From assembly GCA_035648555.1 (NCBI GenBank), contig DASRLF010000020.1:2606-66605 (forward strand): a stretch of DNA of 64,000 nt, read 5' to 3'. This document shows, piece by piece, positions 1 to 9,540 of this stretch; position 1 is the first letter of the stretch; each line of letters begins with the position of its first letter. The translations under genes and the position numbers were made by a program. This DNA comes from Pseudolabrys sp. (GTDB taxonomy: Bacteria > Pseudomonadota > Alphaproteobacteria > Rhizobiales > Xanthobacteraceae). The notes beneath the pieces were generated by a model that was not told where the DNA came from, did not search any database, and saw only the letters and a list, made by a program, of their open reading frames with translations.

Positions 1-724
<724 letters not shown>

Positions 725-1031
725 CTGACGCTCGTTTTCGTTGACACTTCACAGGCCGAACGCCGTCGCGGAACGGCGGCGCATATTGTTGGAATCCAAG
801 AGGGAATTCCGATTTACGGGAACGCGGAGGACCCCGCGGAAACCCCCATGAAATCGAGGCGCTAGCTAACACAGGGCCGGGGGCGGTGCAACATCGTGGG
901 GCTTGCAGGCAGGCTTTGCCCCGCTTTGTTTCCGCGGGCGCTGTAGGCGACAAATTTGCATCACAGGGATGCCTCGCCACGCGGATGCCCCCGCTATAGC
1001 TTGCGCCGCGGTCGAATCCTGTCGGGAACTA

Positions 1032-1940
1032 ATGGCGCAAGATAAAAAAGACATTGCCGCGACGGCCAAGCTTCTGGTCGTGTTGCTGGCCTTCGCCTGG
1101 GGCTTCAACTGGATTGCAGCCGCAGTGGCGCTGCGCGAGATCTCGCCCTGGAGCCTGCGCTTTGCCGGCTCGGCCATCGGCGCCGCCACTCTGTTCGCCG
1201 CGGCGGTCCTGACCGGCCATAACCTGAAGGTGCCGCGCGGCGAATACGTGCATGTCATGATCGCCGGCTTTCTCAACGTCGCGGCGTTTCAAATTCTCTC
1301 CGGCTTCGCGCAGCTCAGCGGCGCGACCTCGCGCGCCATTATCATCACTTATTCGATGCCGATCTGGGCGACCGTGCTCGGCCGCTTCGTGCTCGGCGAC
1401 CGGCTGAACAAGATCGGCTGGCTCGCCTTCACGCTCTGCGTCGCTGGGCTGACGACCCTGGTCTGGCCGCTGTTCGCCGACGGGTTTCCGCCGTTCGTGT
1501 TTTACTCGCTCGGTTGCGCATTGTGTTGGGCCTTCGCCACCGTCTATATGAAATGGGTGAAGGCGACGATCGAGCCGCTGGCGAATGCGGCCTGGCAATT
1601 GCTGTTCGGATTTTTGTTCATAGCCGCCGGCACTTTCGTGTTTGAACGCGATCCGCATGTCTGGCCGCTGGCCGGCCAGACGATTCTGGCTATCCTGTTT
1701 GTCGGGTTGTTCGGGGTCGGGCTCGCGCATTTCTTGTGGTGGACGATCGTCAACCGGCTGCCGACCGTCACGGCGTCGCTCGGCTCGCTGCTAGTGCCAG
1801 TGATCGGTGTCAGTGCCTCGGCCGTGCTGCTCGGCGAACGGCTGACCGTGCCCGACATCATCGGCTTCGCGCTGATTTTCGCGGCAGCCGCCTGCGTGCT
1901 GTTGCAGCCGGGCGTCAAGCACACCGAGATGCCGGAGTAG
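1032..1940 (+). CDS. DMT/EamA family transporter
   Basis: About 10 hydrophobic segments with two EamA repeats (AWGFNWIA...; LLVPVIGV). Start ATG 1032 chosen over the ORF-track start 903. Confidence 0.9.
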   Translation: MAQDKKDIAATAKLLVVLLAFAWGFNWIAAAVALREISPWSLRFAGSAIGAATLFAAAVLTGHNLKVPRGEYVHVMIAGFLNVAAFQILSGFAQLSGATSRAIIITYSMPIWATVLGRFVLGDRLNKIGWLAFTLCVAGLTTLVWPLFADGFPPFVFYSLGCALCWAFATVYMKWVKATIEPLANAAWQLLFGFLFIAAGTFVFERDPHVWPLAGQTILAILFVGLFGVGLAHFLWWTIVNRLPTVTASLGSLLVPVIGVSASAVLLGERLTVPDIIGFALIFAAAACVLLQPGVKHTEMPE

Positions 1941-1942
1941 GT

Positions 1943-3067
1943 TTAACCGCCGCCGAATTCCTTGCGCACTTTCGCGGTATGGGCGCCGAGTGCCGGCACC
2001 GGGCCGTACGCCCGTGTCTTGCCGGCCCATTGCGGCGTCGGCGCCGGAATGCTCGCTGGCCCGCTCGGCGCATCGACGCTGATGCGCCGCAAGTGCGGAT
2101 GCTTGCTCAGCAAGGCGGAACCGTTGACGCGTGCAAAAGCGATATCGGCCGCTTCAAGTTTCTTCATCAGGGGTTCGGCGTCATGCGCGGCGAACACTTT
2201 GGCGACCGCGGCGTCGGTTTGCGCACGATGCTCGACGCGCTTGGTGACCGTGGCGAATTTCGGATCGTGCCCCAGCGAGACATCGCCCAGCACCTTGTCC
2301 GCCAATACGCGCCACTCGCGGTCGTTCTGGACGGCAATAAGGATGTCGGCGCCGTCGCGGGTCTGGTACGCGCGGTAGGGCGCGATGGTCGGATGAGCAA
2401 GGCCGACGCGCTTGAACGGATTGCCGTATTCTTCGTTCAGCAGCGGTATCGTCATCCATTCCGCCATGGCGTCGAACATGGAAATTGAAATCGCCGCGCC
2501 CTCGCCGGAGCGCCCGCGCGCGATCAACGCTTCCAGGATGGTTTCGTAGGCGCTCAAGCCGGCGGCGATATCGACGATCGAAACGCCGACGCGCGCCGGC
2601 GCTTCCGGCCCGCCGGTCACCGACGAGACGCCCGATTCCGCCTGGATCAGCAGGTCGTAGGCCTTGCGCTGCGCATAGGGACCGCTCTCGCCATAGCCGG
2701 AAATCGAGCAGCAGATCAGCCGCGGATAGTCCTTGCGCAAGCGCGCGAACGCGAAGCCGAGCTTGGCCAGCGCGCCCGGCTTAAGGTTTTGCACGAACAC
2801 ATCGGCCTTCGCCAGCATCGCTTCCAGCAGCGCCTTGTCCTCGTCGCGCACGAGGTCGAGCACCACCGATTCCTTGCCGCGATTGAGCCAGACGAAGTGC
2901 GCGCTCTCGCCGTGGACCACGTGATCGTAATGGCGGGAGAAATCGCCGTCCGGCCGCTCGACCTTGATGACGCGCGCGCCGGCGTCGGCGAGCCGGCAGG
3001 TGCACTGCGGCGCCGCCACGGCTTGCTCGACCGAGACGACCAGGAGGCCTGCGAGCGGCAGCGTCAT
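1943..3067 (-). CDS. Family III (CaiB/BaiF) CoA-transferase
   Basis: EQAVAAP, LADAGARVIKVERP, WLNRGKES, ADVFVQNLKPG, AYDLLIQAESG motifs. Confidence 0.93.
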   Translation of the reverse strand: MTLPLAGLLVVSVEQAVAAPQCTCRLADAGARVIKVERPDGDFSRHYDHVVHGESAHFVWLNRGKESVVLDLVRDEDKALLEAMLAKADVFVQNLKPGALAKLGFAFARLRKDYPRLICCSISGYGESGPYAQRKAYDLLIQAESGVSSVTGGPEAPARVGVSIVDIAAGLSAYETILEALIARGRSGEGAAISISMFDAMAEWMTIPLLNEEYGNPFKRVGLAHPTIAPYRAYQTRDGADILIAVQNDREWRVLADKVLGDVSLGHDPKFATVTKRVEHRAQTDAAVAKVFAAHDAEPLMKKLEAADIAFARVNGSALLSKHPHLRRISVDAPSGPASIPAPTPQWAGKTRAYGPVPALGAHTAKVRKEFGGG

Positions 3068-3068
3068 T

Positions 3069-4241
3069 TCAATACGAGCGCGGCAGACCGAGCACGTGCT
3101 CGGCCAGATAAGACAGGATCATGTTGGTCGAAATCGGCGCCACCTGGTAGAGCCGTGTCTCGCGGAATTTGCGCTCGACGTCGTATTCCTCGGCGAAACC
3201 GAAACCGCCGTGGGTCTGCACGCACATATCGGCGGCAAACCACGAGGCGTCGGCGGCCAGGAGCTTCGCCATATTGGCCTCCGGCCCGATGTCGGCGCCC
3301 GCTTCGTATTTGGCTGCGGCCTCGTGCACCATCAATTCGGCGGCGCGCATCTGCGCATAGGCGCGCGCGATCGGAAACTGCACGCCCTGGTTCTGCCCAA
3401 TCGGGCGGCCGAACAGCGCGCGCTCCTTGGCGTAAGCGGTCGCCTTGTTGATGAACCATTTGGCGTCGCCGATGCATTCGGCGGCGATCAAAATGCGTTC
3501 GGCGTTCATGCCGGAGAGAATGTAGCGGAAGCCCTGCCCCTCTTCGCCGATCAGATTTTCCGCCGGCACCCGCAAGTCGTCGAAGAACACCTCCGTGGTG
3601 GCGTGGTTCATCATGGTGCGGATCGGGTTGATGCTGATGCTGGTGCCTGCGGCGAGCCGCATGTCGACCAGAAAGACCGATAGACCGTCGGTGCGTTTCT
3701 TGACCTGCTCCTTCGGCGTGGTGCGCGCCAGCAGCAGCAGCAGGTCGGAATGTTCGGCGCGCGAGGTCCAGATTTTCTGGCCGTTGATGACGTAGTGGCC
3801 GTTGCCTTCCCTCCGCGCCGTAGTGCGCAAAGACAGAGTGTCGGTCCCCGACGTCGGCTCGGTGACGCCGAAGGCCTGCAAGCGCAATTCCCCACTGGCG
3901 ATTTTCGGAAGGTAGATTTGTTTTTGCTCGGGCAAACCGTGCCGCAGGATCGTGCCCATGGTGTACATCTGCGCGTGGCAGGCGGCGCCGTTGCAGCCGG
4001 AGGCCTGGATTTCCTCCAGGATCGCGCAAGCAGCGCCAATCGGCAGACCGCTGCCGCCGAATTCCTCCGGGATCAAGGCTGCGAGATAGCCGGCTTCGGT
4101 GAGCGCGCCGACGAATTCAGTCGGATAAGTTCTTTCGCGATCGAGCGCCCGCCAATATTCGCCGGGAAACTTGGCGCACAAAGCGCGCACCGACGCGCGG
4201 ATGTCGGCAAAGTCCTCATGCTGGGCGCTGCGCTTGCTCAT
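3069..4241 (-). CDS. Acyl-CoA dehydrogenase family protein
   Basis: FGVTEPTSGTD, NGQKIWTS, LFGRPIGQNQ, HGGFGFAEEYDVERKFRE motifs. Start 4241 overlaps the upstream stop (ATGA). Confidence 0.93.
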   Translation of the reverse strand: MSKRSAQHEDFADIRASVRALCAKFPGEYWRALDRERTYPTEFVGALTEAGYLAALIPEEFGGSGLPIGAACAILEEIQASGCNGAACHAQMYTMGTILRHGLPEQKQIYLPKIASGELRLQAFGVTEPTSGTDTLSLRTTARREGNGHYVINGQKIWTSRAEHSDLLLLLARTTPKEQVKKRTDGLSVFLVDMRLAAGTSISINPIRTMMNHATTEVFFDDLRVPAENLIGEEGQGFRYILSGMNAERILIAAECIGDAKWFINKATAYAKERALFGRPIGQNQGVQFPIARAYAQMRAAELMVHEAAAKYEAGADIGPEANMAKLLAADASWFAADMCVQTHGGFGFAEEYDVERKFRETRLYQVAPISTNMILSYLAEHVLGLPRSY

Positions 4242-5101
4242 GAGCCTTTTACTTCTGCCCGTCCATTGTCGATCACGACCGCGTCTCGTTCCACCGCCCA
4301 CGCGCGGAACCTTACCACGCCGGCATCGCGCCAAAACTCGGTGCGGATGGTTTCGCCCGGGAACGCCGGCGCCGAAAATCGGCCGGACATCGTGGTCAGC
4401 CGGGCCGGATCATAGCCGCAAACCGCCTTGAGCAGCGCGTGACCTGCGACCCCGAAGGTCGCCAGGCCGTGCAAAATCGGGCGCGGGAAGCCGGCGGCTT
4501 TGGCGAATTCCGGATCGGCATGCAGCGCATTGACGTCGCCGGACAGCCGGTAAATCAGCGCCATTTCCGGCCTTGTCGGCAGATCGCAGACGCCGTCCGG
4601 CGCGCGCGCCGGCAGCGCATGCGGGCGCGGCGTGTCGCGCTTCACCCCGCCGAAGCCACCATCGGCGCGGCAGAATGTAGTCTGCGTCAAGGTCGCGAGC
4701 AGGCGGCCGCTCGCTTTGTCGCTGATCGCGCGCTCGGAATAAACCAGCGCGCCTTTGCCTTCGCCTTTGTCGACAACGTCGAGGATGCGGGTGCGGCCGA
4801 TCACCGTACCTTGCGGCGCGACCGGTTCATGCAGCACCAAACCCTGCTCGCCATGCACGACGTGGGTCCAGGTGATGCCGAGATCGGGCTGGCGCAGCCA
4901 ATAGGCCGAGTAGCCTTGCACCAGCGCGTAAGTCGGTAGAATTTTCAGATTTTTTTCGTAGACGAAGGCAAGTTCATCGGCGTTGAGCGGATCCTGGCCA
5001 AGGCCCAGACCCAGCGCATAGAGCATGCAATCTTTGGGGCCGTAGCTGTGCTCGACCACCGGGATTTTCAGCGCCAGCAATTTTTCGCGATCGAGCGGCA
5101 T
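4238..5101 (-). CDS. MaoC/MFE-2-type double hot-dog (R)-enoyl-CoA hydratase
   Basis: LYALGLG, VVHGEQ, YRLSGDVNALHADP..A...GFPRPILHGL hydratase-2 motif. Confidence 0.9.
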   Translation of the reverse strand: MPLDREKLLALKIPVVEHSYGPKDCMLYALGLGLGQDPLNADELAFVYEKNLKILPTYALVQGYSAYWLRQPDLGITWTHVVHGEQGLVLHEPVAPQGTVIGRTRILDVVDKGEGKGALVYSERAISDKASGRLLATLTQTTFCRADGGFGGVKRDTPRPHALPARAPDGVCDLPTRPEMALIYRLSGDVNALHADPEFAKAAGFPRPILHGLATFGVAGHALLKAVCGYDPARLTTMSGRFSAPAFPGETIRTEFWRDAGVVRFRAWAVERDAVVIDNGRAEVKGS

Positions 5102-5108
5102 TCAAACG

Positions 5109-6212
5109 CTAACCCCAGACTTCCTTTGCGACCTCAACGATCATCTTCAGCTTGGCCCATTGCTCGTCCTCCGCCAAGACATTGCCCTCCTCGGTCGAGG
5201 CGAAGCCGCATTGCGGCGACAAACAAAGCTGATCAAGCGAGATATATTTCGCCGCCTCCTCGATGCGGCGCTTGAGATCGTCCTTGTTCTCCAGCCGGCC
5301 GGTCTTGGTGGTGACGAGCCCGAGCACGACATGGCGGTCCTTCGGCACCAGTTTAAGCGGCTCGAAGCCACCGGCACGCGCGCTGTCGTATTCCATGAAA
5401 TAGCCGTGCACCTTGATGCGGTTGAACAGGATCTCCTGCTCGGCCTCATAGCCGCCCGAGCCCATGAAGGTCGATTTATAATTGCCGCGGCACAGGTGCA
5501 TCGTAATGCGCATGTCGGCGGGAATATCCGACATAGCGGTGTTGATCAAATCGCCGTAGAGTTCGCCCAGTTTTTCCGGATCGTCGCCGCGCGCTTCCAT
5601 CTGCGCGCGGTATTTTTCATCGCACAACATGGCGATGAACACCTCGTCGAGTTGCAGATAACGGCAGCCGGCATCGGCGAAGGCGCGCACGGCTTTTTTA
5701 TACGCTTGGCCGAGATCGTCGAAGAACGCGTCGAGCTTGGGATAAATATTTCGGTCGATCGGTGTCGGCACCGGCCTGCCATAAGCCGCCGATGGCGATG
5801 GAATCGTAATCTTAGGCGTGCGCTGGGTGTGCGCGGCGACAAACTTGAAATGCTCGATCATCGGATGGCCGGAGAACCCGACTTTTCCCGCGACCTTGAG
5901 GCCTTCATTGCGCGTGGTGACTGCGGCGAAGGCGATGCCGGTGTCCATCACGTGCTTTTCGATGCCGTCGAGGCCCCAGAGAAAATCGAGGTGCCACCAG
6001 GACCGGCGGAATTCGCCGTCGGTGATCGATTGCAGACCGGCGTCTTCCTGGCGCTTGATGACGCGCTCGATCTCGCGATCTTCGACCGCCTTCAGTGCGC
6101 CGGTATCGATCTCACCTTTGGCGCGCTGCTCGCGCGCCTTTTTCAGCGCGGCTGGTCGCAGCAGGCTGCCGACATGGTCGGCGCGGAATGGCGGCTTTGT
6201 TCGCATCGTCAT
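5109..6212 (-). CDS. Cobalamin-independent methionine synthase II family protein (MetE catalytic barrel only, YxjH-like); array copy 5 of 5 in transcription order
   Basis: DHVGSLLR, TDGEFRR, Zn ligands H-L-C (MHLCRGN), E (YFMEYD) and C (SPQCGF); 367 aa, about half of full MetE. Confidence 0.9.
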   Translation of the reverse strand: MTMRTKPPFRADHVGSLLRPAALKKAREQRAKGEIDTGALKAVEDREIERVIKRQEDAGLQSITDGEFRRSWWHLDFLWGLDGIEKHVMDTGIAFAAVTTRNEGLKVAGKVGFSGHPMIEHFKFVAAHTQRTPKITIPSPSAAYGRPVPTPIDRNIYPKLDAFFDDLGQAYKKAVRAFADAGCRYLQLDEVFIAMLCDEKYRAQMEARGDDPEKLGELYGDLINTAMSDIPADMRITMHLCRGNYKSTFMGSGGYEAEQEILFNRIKVHGYFMEYDSARAGGFEPLKLVPKDRHVVLGLVTTKTGRLENKDDLKRRIEEAAKYISLDQLCLSPQCGFASTEEGNVLAEDEQWAKLKMIVEVAKEVWG

Positions 6213-7321
6213 CGGCTACCCCATACTTCTTGCGCGATTTCCACGATCATCTTGAGCTTCGCCCATTGCTCGTCCTCGGCCAGGATATTCCCTTCCTCGG
6301 TCGAGGCGAAGCCGCATTGCGGCGAAAGGCAAAGTTGGTCAAGCGGGACAAATTTCGTCGCCTGATCGATGCGGCGCTTGATGGCGTCCTTGGATTCCAG
6401 CCGGCCGCTTTTGCTGGTGACCAAACCAAGCACTACGGTCTTACCCTTGGGTACGAAACGCAGCGGCTCGAAACCGCCGGCGCGATCCGAGTCGTATTCC
6501 ATGAAATAGCCGTGCACGTTGATCGCATTGAACAGAATCTCCGCGACCGGCTCGTAGCCGCCAGAGGCCACGAAGGTAGACTGGAAATTTCCGCGGCACA
6601 GATGCATGGCGATGGCCATGTCGGCGGGAATGTCGGAGATCGCGGCGTTGATCAGCCGGGCATAGGCCGCGGGCAATTGGGCCGGATCCTCGCCGCGTTC
6701 GCTGACCTGCGCCCGCAGTTTGGGATCGCAAAGATAAGCGAGATTGACTTCATCGAATTGCAGATAGCGGCAGCCGGCATCGGCAAAACCACGCACCGCC
6801 TGAGCGTAGGTCCGGCCCAGATCAGAATAAAAGTCCTCCATGTCTGGATAAATCGCGCCCGGAATGGCGTCGCGGCCGTAGCGGAAATGCAACGACGACG
6901 GCGACGGGATCGTCATTTTCGGCGAAACGCGCGTGTGCGCCTTGACGAACTTGAAATGCTCCAGCATCGGATGACCGGAAAACGTGCCGAGCTCGCCGGT
7001 CACGCGCAGCATCATCGGCTTGGGGTTATTGCCCGCGAACTTGATCTTGCGTTCGCCGAGATAGGCTTCGACGCCATCAAGCGCGCCCAGAAAATCGTAA
7101 TTCCAGAAGGCGCGGCGAAATTCGCCGTCAGTGACGGCTTTTAGCCCAATGTCTTCTTGCTTCTTAATGACGGTGGCGATCTCGCGATCCTCGATCGCCT
7201 TGAGCTGATCGGCGGTGAGCTCGCCTTTTTCGCGCTGGGCGCGGGCTTCTTTCAGCGGCGCGGTCCGCAACAGGCTGCCGACATGATCGGCGCGGAAGGG
7301 AGGACTAAGACGTAATGTCAT
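6209..7321 (-). CDS. Cobalamin-independent methionine synthase II family protein; array copy 4 of 5
   Basis: Same motifs: MHLCRGNFQST, YFMEYD, SPQCGFASTEEGN; 370 aa. Confidence 0.9.
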   Translation of the reverse strand: MTLRLSPPFRADHVGSLLRTAPLKEARAQREKGELTADQLKAIEDREIATVIKKQEDIGLKAVTDGEFRRAFWNYDFLGALDGVEAYLGERKIKFAGNNPKPMMLRVTGELGTFSGHPMLEHFKFVKAHTRVSPKMTIPSPSSLHFRYGRDAIPGAIYPDMEDFYSDLGRTYAQAVRGFADAGCRYLQFDEVNLAYLCDPKLRAQVSERGEDPAQLPAAYARLINAAISDIPADMAIAMHLCRGNFQSTFVASGGYEPVAEILFNAINVHGYFMEYDSDRAGGFEPLRFVPKGKTVVLGLVTSKSGRLESKDAIKRRIDQATKFVPLDQLCLSPQCGFASTEEGNILAEDEQWAKLKMIVEIAQEVWGSR

Positions 7322-7330
7322 GCGCGGAGC

Positions 7331-8437
7331 TTAGCGGCCCCACACTTCTTCCGCCAACTCGACGATCATGCGCAGCTTGGCCCACTGCTCGTCCTCGGCC
7401 AGCACGTTGCCTTCCTCGGTCGAGGCGAAGCCGCACTGCGGCGAAAGGCACAGCTGCTCGAGCGCGACATATTTGGTGGCCTCCTCGATGCGGCGCTTGA
7501 TGTCGTCGCGCGGCTCCAGCCGGCCGCTTTTCGAGGTGACCAGGCCGAGGACCAGTTGCTTCTTGCCCTTGGGGAAAAAGCGCAGCGGCTCGAAGCCGCC
7601 GGCGCGGTCGCTGTCGTATTCCAGGAAATAGCCGTCGAAATTGGTGTTGCCGAGCAGATGCTCGGCGACGAATTCGTAGCCGCCCTGCGCGATCCAGGTG
7701 GAGCGGAAATTGCCGCGGCAGGAATGCATGGTGATCGCCATGTCGGCGGGCTTGCCGGCGAGCGCTTCATTGGTGACGCGCGCGTAGATCGCCGGCAGCG
7801 TGTCGGGGTCATCGCCGCGCGCCTTCGACTGCGCGCGCTCGTTCGGATCGCAGATCATTGACCAGGCGGTGTCGTCGAGCTGCAGGTAGCGGCAGCCGGC
7901 GTCGTAGAAGGCGCGGATCGCCTTGCGCCAGGCGGCGGCGACGTCGGCGAAGAAGGCGTCGTAGTCGGGATAGGCCTGCTTGCTCACCATCGCCCGGCCC
8001 TGCCGGAAATGGAACGTCGACGGCGCCGGGATCGTCATCTTCGGCGTGACGTTGCAGTGCGCCTTCAAGAACTTGAAATGCTCGATCATCGGATGGCCGG
8101 TGAAATCGACCTTGCCGGAGATCTTGATTGCCTCGGCTTTCGTCTCGACACCGTGAAATTTGATCGGCGGCGCGCTGATCATCTCGACGCCCTGCAGCCC
8201 CTTGAAGAAATCGAAGTGCCACCAGGAGCGGCGGAATTCGCCGTCGGTGGCGAGCTTCAGGCCCACCGCCGCCTGCTTCTTGATGATTTTTTCGATCTCG
8301 CGGTCTTCGACGTCTTTCAGCGCGCCGGCGTCGATCTCGCCCTTGGAAAATTTGGCGCGTGCGTCTTTCAGCGGAGCGGTGCGCAACAGGCTGCCGACCA
8401 TGTCGGCGCGGAACGGCGGCGCGGTGCGGGCGCTCAT
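7331..8437 (-). CDS. Cobalamin-independent methionine synthase II family protein; array copy 3 of 5
   Basis: Start ATG 8437 (MSARTAPPF) overlaps the upstream stop (ATGA); MHSCRGN, YFLEYD, SPQCGF. Confidence 0.9.
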   Translation of the reverse strand: MSARTAPPFRADMVGSLLRTAPLKDARAKFSKGEIDAGALKDVEDREIEKIIKKQAAVGLKLATDGEFRRSWWHFDFFKGLQGVEMISAPPIKFHGVETKAEAIKISGKVDFTGHPMIEHFKFLKAHCNVTPKMTIPAPSTFHFRQGRAMVSKQAYPDYDAFFADVAAAWRKAIRAFYDAGCRYLQLDDTAWSMICDPNERAQSKARGDDPDTLPAIYARVTNEALAGKPADMAITMHSCRGNFRSTWIAQGGYEFVAEHLLGNTNFDGYFLEYDSDRAGGFEPLRFFPKGKKQLVLGLVTSKSGRLEPRDDIKRRIEEATKYVALEQLCLSPQCGFASTEEGNVLAEDEQWAKLRMIVELAEEVWGR

Positions 8438-9540
8438 TTGCCCCACACCTCTTCTGCCAGTTCCACGATCATGCGCAGCTTGGCCCACTGCTCGTCCTCG
8501 GCCAGCACGTTGCCTTCCTCGGTCGAGGCGAAGCCGCATTGCGGCGACAAGCACAGCTGATCGAGCGCGACATATTTGCTGGCCTCGTCGATGCGGCGCT
8601 TGATGTCATCGCGCGGCTCCAACCGGCCCGACTTCGAAGTGACCAGGCCGAGCACCAGCTGCTTCTTGCCCTTGGGAAAATGACGCAGCGGCTCGAAGCC
8701 GCCGGCACGCTCGCTGTCGTATTCCAGGAAATAGCCGTCGAAATTGGTGTTGCCGAGCAGATGTTCGGCGACGAATTCATAGCCGCCCTGCGCGATCCAG
8801 GTGGAGCGGAAATTGCCGCGGCAGGAATGCATCGTAATCGCCATGTCGGCGGGCTTGCCTTCGAGCGCGGCATTGGTGACGCGTGCATAGATCGCCGGCA
8901 GCGTGTCGGGATTATCGCCGCGCGCCTTCGATTGCTCGCGCTCCTTGGGGTCGCAGATCATCGCCCAGGCGGTGTCGTCGAGCTGCAGGTAGCGGCAGCC
9001 GGCATCGTAGAAGGCGCGGATCGCCTTGCGCCAGGTGGCGCCGACATCCGCGAAGAAGGCGTCGTAGTCGGGGTAGGCCTCCTTGCTCACCATCGCCCGG
9101 CCCTGCCGGAAATGGAACGTGCTCGGCGCCGGAATGGTCATCTTGGGCGTGACGTTGCAATGCGCCTTCAGAAATTTGAAATGCTCGAGATGCGGATGGC
9201 CGGCGAAGTCGACCTTGCCGGTGATCTTGACCGCCTCGGCTTTTGTTTCGACGCCGTGGAATTTGATCGGCGGCGCACTGATCAGCTCGACGCCCTTGAG
9301 TCCCTTGAAGAAATCGAAATGCCACCAGGAACGGCGAAATTCGCCGTCGGTAGCGAGCTTCAGGCCCACCTCCGCCTGCTTCTTGACGATCTTCTCGATC
9401 TCGCGGTCTTCGACTTCGCGCAGCGCGTCGGCGGGAATTGCGCCTTTGGCAAACTTGGCGCGCGCCTCTTTCAGCGCAGCGGGGCGCAGCAGGCTGCCGA
9501 CGTGATCGGCGCGGAACGGCGCGGTCGTCCGCGCGCTCAT
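8434..9540 (-). CDS. Cobalamin-independent methionine synthase II family protein; array copy 2 of 5
   Basis: Start ATG 9540 (MSARTTAPF), ATGA overlap; about 90% identical to copy 3 by hand count. Confidence 0.9.
   Translation of the reverse strand: MSARTTAPFRADHVGSLLRPAALKEARAKFAKGAIPADALREVEDREIEKIVKKQAEVGLKLATDGEFRRSWWHFDFFKGLKGVELISAPPIKFHGVETKAEAVKITGKVDFAGHPHLEHFKFLKAHCNVTPKMTIPAPSTFHFRQGRAMVSKEAYPDYDAFFADVGATWRKAIRAFYDAGCRYLQLDDTAWAMICDPKEREQSKARGDNPDTLPAIYARVTNAALEGKPADMAITMHSCRGNFRSTWIAQGGYEFVAEHLLGNTNFDGYFLEYDSERAGGFEPLRHFPKGKKQLVLGLVTSKSGRLEPRDDIKRRIDEASKYVALDQLCLSPQCGFASTEEGNVLAEDEQWAKLRMIVELAEEVWGK

Noticed and set aside
8438-8554. N-terminal extensions of array copies 3 and 2 in the ORF track (starts 8554 and 9657)
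   Set aside because: They are the 3' end of the preceding paralog read in another frame; the true starts are the ATGA-coupled ATGs at 8437 and 9540.
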